This document shows, piece by piece, positions 16,054 to 24,389 of a DNA stretch of 42,906 bases. Position 1 is the stretch's first letter, and each line of letters begins with the position of its first letter. Below the pieces are notes generated by a model. It searched no databases. It was not told the origin of the DNA and worked only from the letters and a program-made list of their open reading frames with translations. This DNA is from a virus: positions 1 through 42,906 of the IMG/VR virus record IMGVR_UViG_3300027710_000002. One strand, written 5' to 3'. Made by a program: the position numbers and the translations under genes.

Positions 16054-16160
16054 GATAAAAGCACTATTTTGAACATCTGCTCTGATCAGGGTGATTTGAA
16101 AAAAAATAACGATTCTAACTATTACTTTTTCAAGCCCCTTTCCTGTAGTGCTTTATTTTT

Positions 16161-16496
16161 TTATTTCTTCATTCCTGCTAAAAAGCCATCTAAGAATGAT
16201 CTTATATCTTCTTTTGTAAAATCAGAGAACATTGTCTTGTGTTTTCTTGACTCTTCGAATAAATCATGAATCCGATTATCAACTTTAAGTACTTGATGAA
16301 GCATAAAGAGTAAATCTCCTTTAGTTCCTGAGAGACTTGCTACGGTCATACCTTTATTACGATCTATTTCGGTTGAGCAAATTGTTACTAAAGAAACGCC
16401 GTGAGGAACATTTTCAACCAATTTGATCATTTGTTCTCTCCATTCTTCTACTTTAAAATTCGGACCTTTTCCTAGATTTTCATTGTGTACACACAT
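16161..16496 (-). CDS. Hypothetical early protein (111 aa)
   Basis: ATG start, no motif recognised. Confidence 0.55.
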   Translation of the reverse strand: MCVHNENLGKGPNFKVEEWREQMIKLVENVPHGVSLVTICSTEIDRNKGMTVASLSGTKGDLLFMLHQVLKVDNRIHDLFEESRKHKTMFSDFTKEDIRSFLDGFLAGMKK

Positions 16497-16609
16497 AATT
16501 TTCAGTTTTAATATTAATATTTTTTTAAATTTTTTGTAAAATAAAACGGCGTTGCATTCCTTCTGAACTGGTTCAACCCTTCACACCGCTTTGAGAATAA
16601 ATACATCGG

Positions 16610-16933
16610 CTATTTTGCCGGTTGTTCTGTTGTTAAAATATTTTCTGAAGTATATCCTTCTGATTCAAAAAAATTAACAGCAGCCATTTTTGTGAATGTT
16701 GAATTTCCGAAAGGCTGTTCATTATATTTTTTTGCAGTGTTTGAAACAGCACGCTCACCAACACCTAGCGCTAAAGCTAATCCTAATCGAAAATTAGAGT
16801 CTTCTAAAATTCTTCTGATTATATCAAAGTTTAAATAATACATCATCATTGTATAATTATTCGTAGATTTGTTTGAACATTTATACAGCAAATATATAAA
16901 ATAGTTCGGCAACAATTGCAAAAAGTTCGGCAA
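16610..16933 (-). CDS. Cro/excisionase-like HTH protein. The likely true start is ATG 16849 (80 aa).
   Basis: HTH-like LALALGVGERAVSNTAKK, divergent from the repressor gene. The N-terminal extension would cover the operator repeats. Confidence 0.55.
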   Translation of the reverse strand: MPNFLQLLPNYFIYLLYKCSNKSTNNYTMMMYYLNFDIIRRILEDSNFRLGLALALGVGERAVSNTAKKYNEQPFGNSTFTKMAAVNFFESEGYTSENILTTEQPAK

Positions 16934-16934
16934 C
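16864..16934. promoter_or_regulatory. Divergent switch region with candidate -7 boxes and two direct operator repeats
   Basis: TAGATTTG on the plus strand (16864-16871) and TATATTTG on the minus strand (16889-16896) both fit the Bacteroidota TAnnTTTG consensus. AGTTCGGCAAC occurs at 16903-16913 and 16924-16934. Confidence 0.45.
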
Positions 16935-16953
16935 TTTTTTAAAATTACTTGTT

Positions 16954-17385
16954 ATGCAGAGAAAAGCGACTGATAATCAAAACGATAAAACACAAATTTT
17001 AGACGGAATTATTAAGAAAGTGGAAGAATTTCACCTGACTCCTTATGAAATTTCTAAAAATACGGGGCTTTCCGATACTGGAGTTCGGAAATTATTAGGA
17101 GGAAAAACTAAAAATCCTAGCATTGATACTCTGAATAGAATTTCAAAATATCTAGATTCTATAGAAAACAGTCCAGAAAAATGCAACGAAAAAACAATCG
17201 ATTTAGAACTGATCAACAATAAATTAGATTTTGTTATAGAAAAATTGGAAAAGATGGAGATTAGAATGGGAAGTAATGAATTGTTGCAAGAAATAATGTT
17301 TGAGCTACAAAAAAATTCTTCCAGTCCGGAAGAATTAAAAAAAATAGAGAAAGATATTTTAAAAAAGCAACAAGCTAGTTCATAG
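16954..17385 (+). CDS. CI-like (XRE-family HTH) repressor
   Basis: HTH LTPYEISKNTGLSDTGVRKLLGG. Plus-strand gene divergent from the early operon. Confidence 0.7.
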   Translation: MQRKATDNQNDKTQILDGIIKKVEEFHLTPYEISKNTGLSDTGVRKLLGGKTKNPSIDTLNRISKYLDSIENSPEKCNEKTIDLELINNKLDFVIEKLEKMEIRMGSNELLQEIMFELQKNSSSPEELKKIEKDILKKQQASS

Positions 17386-17656
17386 CAAGCACAAAATTTA
17401 TTGTTTCTTTAATGTTTATTTCAAGAACAGGTTTCTTAAGTTCTTTAATTATAAAATCTTTTTTATCGAATCCAGCTTCTAGAAGTCGGATTTTTTCTTT
17501 TACTAAAAGCAAAGTTTCAAAGTATTCTTCTCTTTGGATTCTTCCGGCATAGAATTGTTGTTTAGCTATCCGGAATAAATCATCACAAATCTGTAGCTGT
17601 TCCCTTGTCATTATTTTGTTTTTGGAGGTTTTTGATTTCGTACTCAACCTTATCAT
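17375..17656 (-). CDS. Hypothetical protein (93 aa; alternative ATG at 17611)
   Basis: Convergent with the repressor, with an 11-nt overlap. Last gene of the lipoprotein/membrane-protein unit. Confidence 0.45.
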   Translation of the reverse strand: MIRLSTKSKTSKNKIMTREQLQICDDLFRIAKQQFYAGRIQREEYFETLLLVKEKIRLLEAGFDKKDFIIKELKKPVLEINIKETINFVLAMN

Positions 17657-18188
17657 CTAAAATTAAAACTTTAAAATATCTATGAAGATATTTTGATAGA
17701 ATTAATAAGACTAAACTGAGACCTAAAGCCACTAACCTAAAAATCCAATCAGAGTCAATGTTCAAATTTATATCCAATAAAAAGAAGCCTAAAAACATAC
17801 TTATATATACATACATCGGTATGATGTAAGACATCCAATGAGGCTTTAATTTGGAAACGTATAATATTAGAAGAGGTGAGATACAAACAGAATAAGACCA
17901 AATCATTGCTGCTAAATTCGGAAATCTATGTCCAACAACAATTTCATCTGTGTCAATAAAGAAATTTAAAAAAAAATCTGTGTAAGGGATTGATGAAACA
18001 AAAATCATCAAAATGGTAGGAGTTATTTTTCTTATACTCCTACCATATTTTTTGAAAAAAGGATATTGATTAAAATTAACGTCTAGGCGGTGTAATATCT
18101 TTTGGATCCAAACCTTCAATCGTTTCCGTTCCTGAGGTAAAAGTTCTACCTTCTGTAGAGTCAGCTTCTTTTTTGTAATAGTTTTCAT
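17583..18188 (-). CDS. Multi-pass inner-membrane protein (201 aa)
   Basis: Four or more hydrophobic segments after a Lys/Arg-rich N-terminus. The ATG at 18188 overlaps the lipoprotein ORF by 113 nt. The next ATG is at 18008. Confidence 0.55.
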   Translation of the reverse strand: MKTITKKKLTLQKVELLPQERKRLKVWIQKILHRLDVNFNQYPFFKKYGRSIRKITPTILMIFVSSIPYTDFFLNFFIDTDEIVVGHRFPNLAAMIWSYSVCISPLLILYVSKLKPHWMSYIIPMYVYISMFLGFFLLDINLNIDSDWIFRLVALGLSLVLLILSKYLHRYFKVLILDDKVEYEIKNLQKQNNDKGTATDL

Positions 18189-18291
18189 TAGTTAATACTT
18201 CTTGTTCATTTGGTTCAGCAACTGTTCCGTCATTTCGCTCGCATGATACAATACTTAATACTGTTAAAGCTAATAAGATAAATTTTCTCAT
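18076..18291 (-). CDS. Small lipoprotein (71 aa)
   Basis: MRKFILLALTVLSIVSC signal peptide plus lipobox. Confidence 0.65.
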   Translation of the reverse strand: MRKFILLALTVLSIVSCERNDGTVAEPNEQEVLTNENYYKKEADSTEGRTFTSGTETIEGLDPKDITPPRR

Positions 18292-18363
18292 TGTATAAAA
18301 TTTTGAATGTTAAATTAGACATCAAATATCTTACAAATTTTAAAACTTATCAAAGGACTTAAT

Positions 18364-18396
18364 AGTTGCCGAACAAAGATACAAATTACCGAACAA
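18364..18396. promoter_or_regulatory. Operator-like copies of the switch repeat, overlapping a candidate -7 box for the lipoprotein operon
   Basis: AGTTGCCGAACA (18364-18375) is the reverse complement of the AGTTCGGCAAC repeat. There is a degenerate copy ATTACCGAACA at 18386-18396. TATCTTTG lies on the minus strand at 18374-18381. Confidence 0.4.
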
Positions 18397-18470
18397 TTGT
18401 ACGAATTTTTGTACACGTAATTATGAAGTAGTAGTTTTGAAATAATAAAAAATAGTTTAAAATCGTTGAT

Positions 18471-18488
18471 TGTCACGATTTTGTCACT
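18471..18488. repeat. GTCAC(G) direct repeats left of the tRNA array, candidate integrase arm-type sites
   Basis: TGTCACG at 18471-18477 and TGTCACT at 18482-18488. The same motif recurs at 18890-18927. Confidence 0.4.
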
Positions 18489-18570
18489 TAAAAAAAAAAT
18501 TCACGCTCTTTGAAATGCTGTAATTAATTGATAATGCGTTAGGTGTAAAATCTTAAAAACATAGGTAATT

Positions 18571-18589
18571 AGTCCGGTTCCCGCTACTA
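18571..18589 (+). pseudogene. Remnant of a tRNA-fMet 3' end (third, partial unit of the array)
   Basis: AGTCCGGTTCCCGCTACTA compared with the tRNA 3' end AGTCGTGTCCCCGCTACTA gives 16/19 identical. Confidence 0.55.
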
Positions 18590-18618
18590 CGGAGCTTTTT
18601 AAGCTCAAAATAATATAT

Positions 18619-18691
<73 letters not shown>

Positions 18692-18729
18692 CTAGGAAAA
18701 ATGTCTTCGGTAGACATCCAAAAATACAC

Positions 18730-18802
<73 letters not shown>

Positions 18803-18889
18803 CTTTTTTTTTAAGAGAATAAATACATTTACGCTATTAAGATTTGCTTCAAAACAATTTTGATTAGAAATGTGTCTATTCTTTTTTTT

Positions 18890-18927
18890 TGTCACGAATC
18901 TCGTCACGTTAAAAAAAAAGTCGTGAC
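18890..18927. repeat. GTCACG repeats right of the tRNA array, candidate integrase arm-type sites
   Basis: TGTCACG at 18890-18896, CGTCACG at 18902-18908, inverted CGTGAC at 18922-18927. Confidence 0.4.
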
Positions 18928-19015
18928 GGCCGGTTATAAATTTCTAATTATGATCGGACAAAATCAATTATTACCATTTATTAAGAGCAAAGATGTTAAC
19001 AACATATTTGCACCT

Positions 19016-20125
19016 ATGGATTATACATTTTATTTAAAAAATGAACCTGATAAGCGAGGGAGAAAACCTGTTTATATTAACATTAATGTAGGAGGTAGAA
19101 GAAAGAGAATTCCTGCAGCAGTAAAAATTGAGGAGAAATATTGGGATTCAAAAAACATGAGAATTCTTGATACTCCAGAAAGCCGGGATCAACATCTGTT
19201 ATTAAAGCAGATTGATGCAAAGATCACTTCAATTAGAATGAAGCATCGCCTTTCTGAAGTTCCATTGACTTTACAGTCTTTTCTTGATCAACTAAAAACA
19301 GCTCCGTCGACCGTTGATTTCGGACAATTTTATAAAAGTATCAGGGACATTCAACCAATGAAACCCAATACATTAGCAAAACATGATTCCGTTTTTGAAA
19401 AATTAAAAGATTTTAGATCGCTCGTAGCGTTTCAAGATATAAATTATAAGTTTATTGATGAATTCAGATCGCATTTAAAGACAAAATTTAAAAATGCTCA
19501 GTCTACAATAAATTCAAACATTGCTGTTTTAAAAAAGTATCTTTCACTTGCTGAGAAGTACGGAATAAAGCTGGGATTTGATTTGGATGATATTCAGGTT
19601 GGCGATACAGGTGGAAGAATAATCTGGCTTGATGAAAAGGAAATTAGTAAATTACATGAATATTATTTTTCGAGTTTCATTCCAGATAATTATAAACTTT
19701 CCCTTGGATATTTTTTAATTGCATGTTACACCGGATTAAGAATATCAGATGTAAAAGCAAGAAAGAGAGAAGAGATGCTAGAGGAGTTTCTCCGAGTGGT
19801 TTCATTTAAAGGAGGTAAAGATTTAACGCTTTACCTTATTCCAAAAGTTCATGATATCATAAATTCGAATCCGGATCTTTTCATCACGCTATGGACAGAG
19901 GTAACAATGAATAAGCATTTAAAGAAGATATCCAATACTTGTGGAATAAGGAAACGTCTTTATTTTCATGTTGGCAGGCATTCTTTCGCGACAAATTATC
20001 TAATTAAAGGTGGACAAATAGAGAACCTGCAGACAATTTTAGGTCACACCAAAATTATGACAACTATGAAATATGTACATGTTGCAAAAGATACTGCAGC
20101 ACGAAGTATGATGTTAATGCAATGA
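19016..20125 (+). CDS. int: Tyrosine recombinase / phage integrase
   Basis: Catalytic motifs GLRISDV, HVGRHSFAT and LGHTKIMTTMKYVH. The start was chosen at MDYTFYLK. The track ORF begins at 18860 but would cover the repeat region. Confidence 0.85.
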   Translation: MDYTFYLKNEPDKRGRKPVYININVGGRRKRIPAAVKIEEKYWDSKNMRILDTPESRDQHLLLKQIDAKITSIRMKHRLSEVPLTLQSFLDQLKTAPSTVDFGQFYKSIRDIQPMKPNTLAKHDSVFEKLKDFRSLVAFQDINYKFIDEFRSHLKTKFKNAQSTINSNIAVLKKYLSLAEKYGIKLGFDLDDIQVGDTGGRIIWLDEKEISKLHEYYFSSFIPDNYKLSLGYFLIACYTGLRISDVKARKREEMLEEFLRVVSFKGGKDLTLYLIPKVHDIINSNPDLFITLWTEVTMNKHLKKISNTCGIRKRLYFHVGRHSFATNYLIKGGQIENLQTILGHTKIMTTMKYVHVAKDTAARSMMLMQ

Positions 20126-20127
20126 AA

Positions 20128-20151
20128 AACGGAGACTAATAAGTCTCCGTT
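20128..20151. terminator. Bidirectional hairpin between the convergent integrase and tail genes
   Basis: 10-bp stem AACGGAGACT/AGTCTCCGTT with a 4-nt loop. Includes the stop codon of the 615-aa ORF. Confidence 0.6.
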
Positions 20152-21983
20152 TCAATGTCTACCATATAATATTGATCAGATTCAGAATTCTTTACCCAGG
20201 ACTTAATCCAATGCTTTTTATTATACGCGAAAATTTCGGACCTGATATTATATTTTCTAAGTTTTGATTTCAATATTTTGAAAGACCACTTGAAAGTCCA
20301 ATTTCTTAATCTATTCAAAAACCAATCCTTTACGCTTTCTGCAAAAGCAATTCCGTGAAGCCCGTCCGGGTTTTTTGCATGATTATCTCCATTGTTATCC
20401 AGGCCATCATAATATACGAGCATAAAGGAATTTGTCTCAGTCAGTGCTTTAGCAGTTCTGACTGCTCTAAAATCAACTAACGGAAGGCAGAATCCATTTA
20501 TTTGAATTTCGGTAGTATCTTTCGGAACAACCAATCGATTAAGCTCGTAACCATTCTCATCAAAAAAAACAGATGGTAAATCAACGCCTTCAACTTCCGG
20601 AAATTTAATATTAAAATAAGTTTTGTCATTTCTATTTCGATCAGGATCTTCGACTTCAGTTTCTCGAAAATCTTCAGGTTCTTTTGTTTTGTCAATAATG
20701 ATCCTATTCATTACTGCAGTATTATTTTCAAATGATAAATCGTAATTTCTTACATTTTTAATGAAATTTACAAGCTCTCCGAAAGTCATATCCGGAACAG
20801 CTCTTTTAAGATCAACCCGGTTAAAATTAAATACAAAAGGAATTGCATCTCCATCAGCTGTATTTTGTCTCATTGGATTAATTTTAATATCAGCTACACC
20901 TGTGTTGACACCTTCAGCATCAATCAGATCATAGGATACACGTCCGAAAAATTCTAGGGTTATCTCAGGTTTATCTTCAGCATCATCAATTCCTACCTCG
21001 ATAACTTGATCAAAATTTAAAAAAGCCTGTGTAGTTCCGCTTCCAATTGTACTTAAAATAGCCCCATCTCTTTTTATAGTTAACACACTATTTCCGTCAT
21101 TATTAGTGAAGCAACGACCAATTATTCTATACTTTCCCGGAGCATCAATTTTAAATTTTTTAATCCAACGCCCGAATATATTACCAGCAACCACTTCATT
21201 ATCATAAAATTCATTGACAAAAACTAAGCTCTTCTGATAATTCTGCTCACCAGTAGTATAATATTGTTCTGCAGAAAATAAGAGTCTTTGCTTGAGAACC
21301 GGATCCTCTAAAATATCCCCTGTTAAAATAAAACCGGCATCCTGAAAACCTACTTTTAAAACATGTAGTAAATAGGGAAGAGGGTGCAGAATATTTCTGT
21401 TTACGACATCCCATCCATTAGAGTTTTCTTGAATCTCATTTTTTGGAAATTCTTTTGTATTTGTGGCAGGATTTAATTTTCTTTCATTTATAAATGAGTT
21501 AAAATACTTCCAAGCTTCACTCTCCAGGTCAAATTCTGAAGTGTACAACTTTGGAAAATTATAATTCGTCTCCGGATATTTTTTCGATACAATTTCATTG
21601 GCGTGTGCATAAATATCATTTACCATTTTAAATTCAAGAGGAAGCTCTTTAATTTTCTTTTCAAAATTTGGAAGTTCCTCAAATCCTGAATCAATCTGAA
21701 TAACAGCATATTTTTTCTTAATATCAGTAAATTGCAATTCTCCTTTCATTATTTTTCCTTCGAACACATGCGAGCACTTATATTTTTTCTCTAGATCAGC
21801 ACTTATTATTGAAGAATAATGCCCAGCTGTGCTTAAAAAATTTCTATCATAAAAAAACTTAAATGGTAGAGTGTATTTTGTCCAAATGCTATCTTTAAAC
21901 CTTGGATTTTCTTCAGTGAAATTAGTTTCGACTCCGGATAATGGAATTTCAAAATTTTCGGTTACAACTTTATCTTTCATCAT
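20136..21983 (-). CDS. Distal tail / receptor-binding protein candidate (615 aa)
   Basis: Last gene of the tail operon. Assigned on size and position only. Confidence 0.4.
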   Translation of the reverse strand: MMKDKVVTENFEIPLSGVETNFTEENPRFKDSIWTKYTLPFKFFYDRNFLSTAGHYSSIISADLEKKYKCSHVFEGKIMKGELQFTDIKKKYAVIQIDSGFEELPNFEKKIKELPLEFKMVNDIYAHANEIVSKKYPETNYNFPKLYTSEFDLESEAWKYFNSFINERKLNPATNTKEFPKNEIQENSNGWDVVNRNILHPLPYLLHVLKVGFQDAGFILTGDILEDPVLKQRLLFSAEQYYTTGEQNYQKSLVFVNEFYDNEVVAGNIFGRWIKKFKIDAPGKYRIIGRCFTNNDGNSVLTIKRDGAILSTIGSGTTQAFLNFDQVIEVGIDDAEDKPEITLEFFGRVSYDLIDAEGVNTGVADIKINPMRQNTADGDAIPFVFNFNRVDLKRAVPDMTFGELVNFIKNVRNYDLSFENNTAVMNRIIIDKTKEPEDFRETEVEDPDRNRNDKTYFNIKFPEVEGVDLPSVFFDENGYELNRLVVPKDTTEIQINGFCLPLVDFRAVRTAKALTETNSFMLVYYDGLDNNGDNHAKNPDGLHGIAFAESVKDWFLNRLRNWTFKWSFKILKSKLRKYNIRSEIFAYNKKHWIKSWVKNSESDQYYMVDIETETY

Positions 21984-24015
21984 CTAAAATTTTAAATTCT
22001 AGTTCCATACATAAAGTATTATCTTCACCTTTAAGTTCATTTTTTTTACCAATTGGAAAGGCTTTGAAACGCTTTCCTTCAGAATAAATAAAACAAAGTC
22101 TACTAGATAAAATATCATCTATTAATGGAATTTCTTCTTTTAAGATCCAACCCGTATTCACAGTCAAAGGTCTTGATCTATCTGTGTCAAACTTTTCTTC
22201 AGAAAATTCTTTTGATTCGCCAACAAGATGCTCGAGTTCTGTAGCAGGATTAAGATATCCTGATGCACTAAACCATTCGAAAACTAAATTTTGATTCTCC
22301 CATTCAATATGAATAGTATTTTCTGGATCTGGCAGAGGAATGAAAGTCATTTCATTCGCTTCAATTAAATTTGTTTTTAGTATATCTTTAAATTCACTTC
22401 TGAGAAAAGTAAATTGATCAACTGTCAATTTTGTTAGATTGACAGGTTTTGGAGTTTTATATTGTTGAAACAGCTTATTAATGACATCTTTATCACTCAT
22501 TCTATCTACATTAAGTTTTAAAATACTGTCTGAATAAGTAGATCGAATATTATGATCAGTAAACAGAGGGAAAAACTTTGGTTTCCTGCCTGGAGCAAAA
22601 TAAATATTATTGACAGTAAATGTAGAAATAAGCTGATCCTGATCATTTAATTCTTCAAAGCTCATATTGACTAGAGCTAAGTCATACTGATAAATCGGAT
22701 CCAAAGAATTAACTAAATTTTTAGCCTTAATAAAAAAATCGTTTATTTCATCCCCTGGATAGAACTCAGTTTTTCCCTTAAAAAAAGGAATTGTATATTT
22801 TTGATTTTCTTGATAAGTTTCACCAAAGCCTTTCATATACATATCCAAAGTCATTCTTACATAAGTTGAATTTGCAACTGTTTTAGTAATTGTAACTTTA
22901 TTTTTATCTTTAGCAAAATAGTACAAAGAGCCCGTAAAGTCATGTTTTATAGACTCAATCACGCTAATACTTACAAGCACTTTTTTTATTACCATTCCAG
23001 ATGTTATTAAAACTTCCCCGGAATAGTTACCAATTGAAAGCGTTGATGCATTTACAGTTGTTATTTTCAAATTTCCATTTAAAATAACTGCTGATTCAAT
23101 GAAAGAAGGAATTGTATCTACTGAAATAACTAAATTGTTAGGATTTGAAATATCAACTTCGAAAGATTTTACTTCAGATAAATTTTTTTGTAGCGAGAAA
23201 TTTAATGATGTTGGATTTATATAAAACTGTGTTGCATCATTAATTACCGTTAGATTCACGGCTACATTTTTTGTATATGAACCAATCTGTAAAGTCACAG
23301 TTGCGGAGTAATTACCAACTGCTTTACTCTGAAGAACTGAGTTATTCTGAAAAGTTAAATGTCGCTGAGAATTCACAGACTCCTGCAGTATATTTAAAAA
23401 AGGCTCAGAAGCTGTTACGATTAATGGATCATTTACAAAAGCAATAATTTTTAAATCTCCAGACAATGATTGATCTGCTTTATTATAGTTTAAATTATAA
23501 AGAGTTTTATCCGTTGGAATACCTGTACCTGCCTGAACTGTAATTGATATTTCAGTATAAAATGACTCTAAAAAATTTTCCAGGTTATTTTCTAAACCAT
23601 AAGCTTCAATTACCACAGGAATTACATGAGTCCCTGCAGATAAATTATCCAAGTTCTGGAAATTGCAAAATATCCTTTCAGTAATTAAATTTGTTTGGTT
23701 AAATGTGTCACCTACTAGTTTGTTAGAAGAAATACTTGCGAAATCGATAGAATTTATATTTTTCTTAAGTTTAAAACGAAAATCCGTGTAATTACTATAA
23801 ACAAACTCTAGCTCGGGAAATGTGATATCCTGAAATAATTGTCCCGGTGCAACTGTACCCATTTGCCATACTTTATTTAATTGAGAAGGAGTAATTTTCC
23901 AGTCCCTTATGGGAACCTCTGTTTGCGCAGAAATAAGACTACACAATGAGCCTCCACCTTGACCTGGAGGACAAACGGTATAATATTGAGTTACAGTTTT
24001 GGTTCTGATTGGCAT
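21970..24015 (-). CDS. Distal tail / baseplate protein candidate (681 aa)
   Basis: Downstream of the tape measure gene, beta-rich and repetitive. Assigned on position. Confidence 0.4.
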   Translation of the reverse strand: MPIRTKTVTQYYTVCPPGQGGGSLCSLISAQTEVPIRDWKITPSQLNKVWQMGTVAPGQLFQDITFPELEFVYSNYTDFRFKLKKNINSIDFASISSNKLVGDTFNQTNLITERIFCNFQNLDNLSAGTHVIPVVIEAYGLENNLENFLESFYTEISITVQAGTGIPTDKTLYNLNYNKADQSLSGDLKIIAFVNDPLIVTASEPFLNILQESVNSQRHLTFQNNSVLQSKAVGNYSATVTLQIGSYTKNVAVNLTVINDATQFYINPTSLNFSLQKNLSEVKSFEVDISNPNNLVISVDTIPSFIESAVILNGNLKITTVNASTLSIGNYSGEVLITSGMVIKKVLVSISVIESIKHDFTGSLYYFAKDKNKVTITKTVANSTYVRMTLDMYMKGFGETYQENQKYTIPFFKGKTEFYPGDEINDFFIKAKNLVNSLDPIYQYDLALVNMSFEELNDQDQLISTFTVNNIYFAPGRKPKFFPLFTDHNIRSTYSDSILKLNVDRMSDKDVINKLFQQYKTPKPVNLTKLTVDQFTFLRSEFKDILKTNLIEANEMTFIPLPDPENTIHIEWENQNLVFEWFSASGYLNPATELEHLVGESKEFSEEKFDTDRSRPLTVNTGWILKEEIPLIDDILSSRLCFIYSEGKRFKAFPIGKKNELKGEDNTLCMELEFKILDDER

Positions 24016-24389
24016 AAGTATGGGATTTTGTTTTTGTATAATTTTTTAGTTTTGTCGGTATTCCTTTCCATATAGTTCCAAATTTCAATAGCAAAATTTT
24101 GGAGGTAAATAATAAGTCTCTCGGGTCGTTCCTCTATGGTTTTAGCCATCGGTAATAAAATATCCTTATTTCTGATGAGTTTTTGAAAACCAAGCATTGA
24201 GATTATAAAATCTATATCTTTAATTTTGTATTCCTCAGTAAGATCACCATTAAGTATTTTTGAAACTGATCCTACCAGATAGAGATTTTCGCCAGTGATT
24301 TCTTTGACATTTTCAACCAGGATATCACAATACTCGTTTAATACCGGCACTTCAAAAATCTCGAGTTTTTTAAAGTTATTTTCGTGCAT
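23991..24389 (-). CDS. Minimal nucleotidyltransferase-fold protein (132 aa)
   Basis: The hGS-x16-DxD pattern LVGSVS...IKDIDFI plus a later acidic strand AIEIW. Overlaps both neighbours (14 and 25 nt). Confidence 0.5.
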   Translation of the reverse strand: MHENNFKKLEIFEVPVLNEYCDILVENVKEITGENLYLVGSVSKILNGDLTEEYKIKDIDFIISMLGFQKLIRNKDILLPMAKTIEERPERLIIYLQNFAIEIWNYMERNTDKTKKLYKNKIPYLCQSEPKL

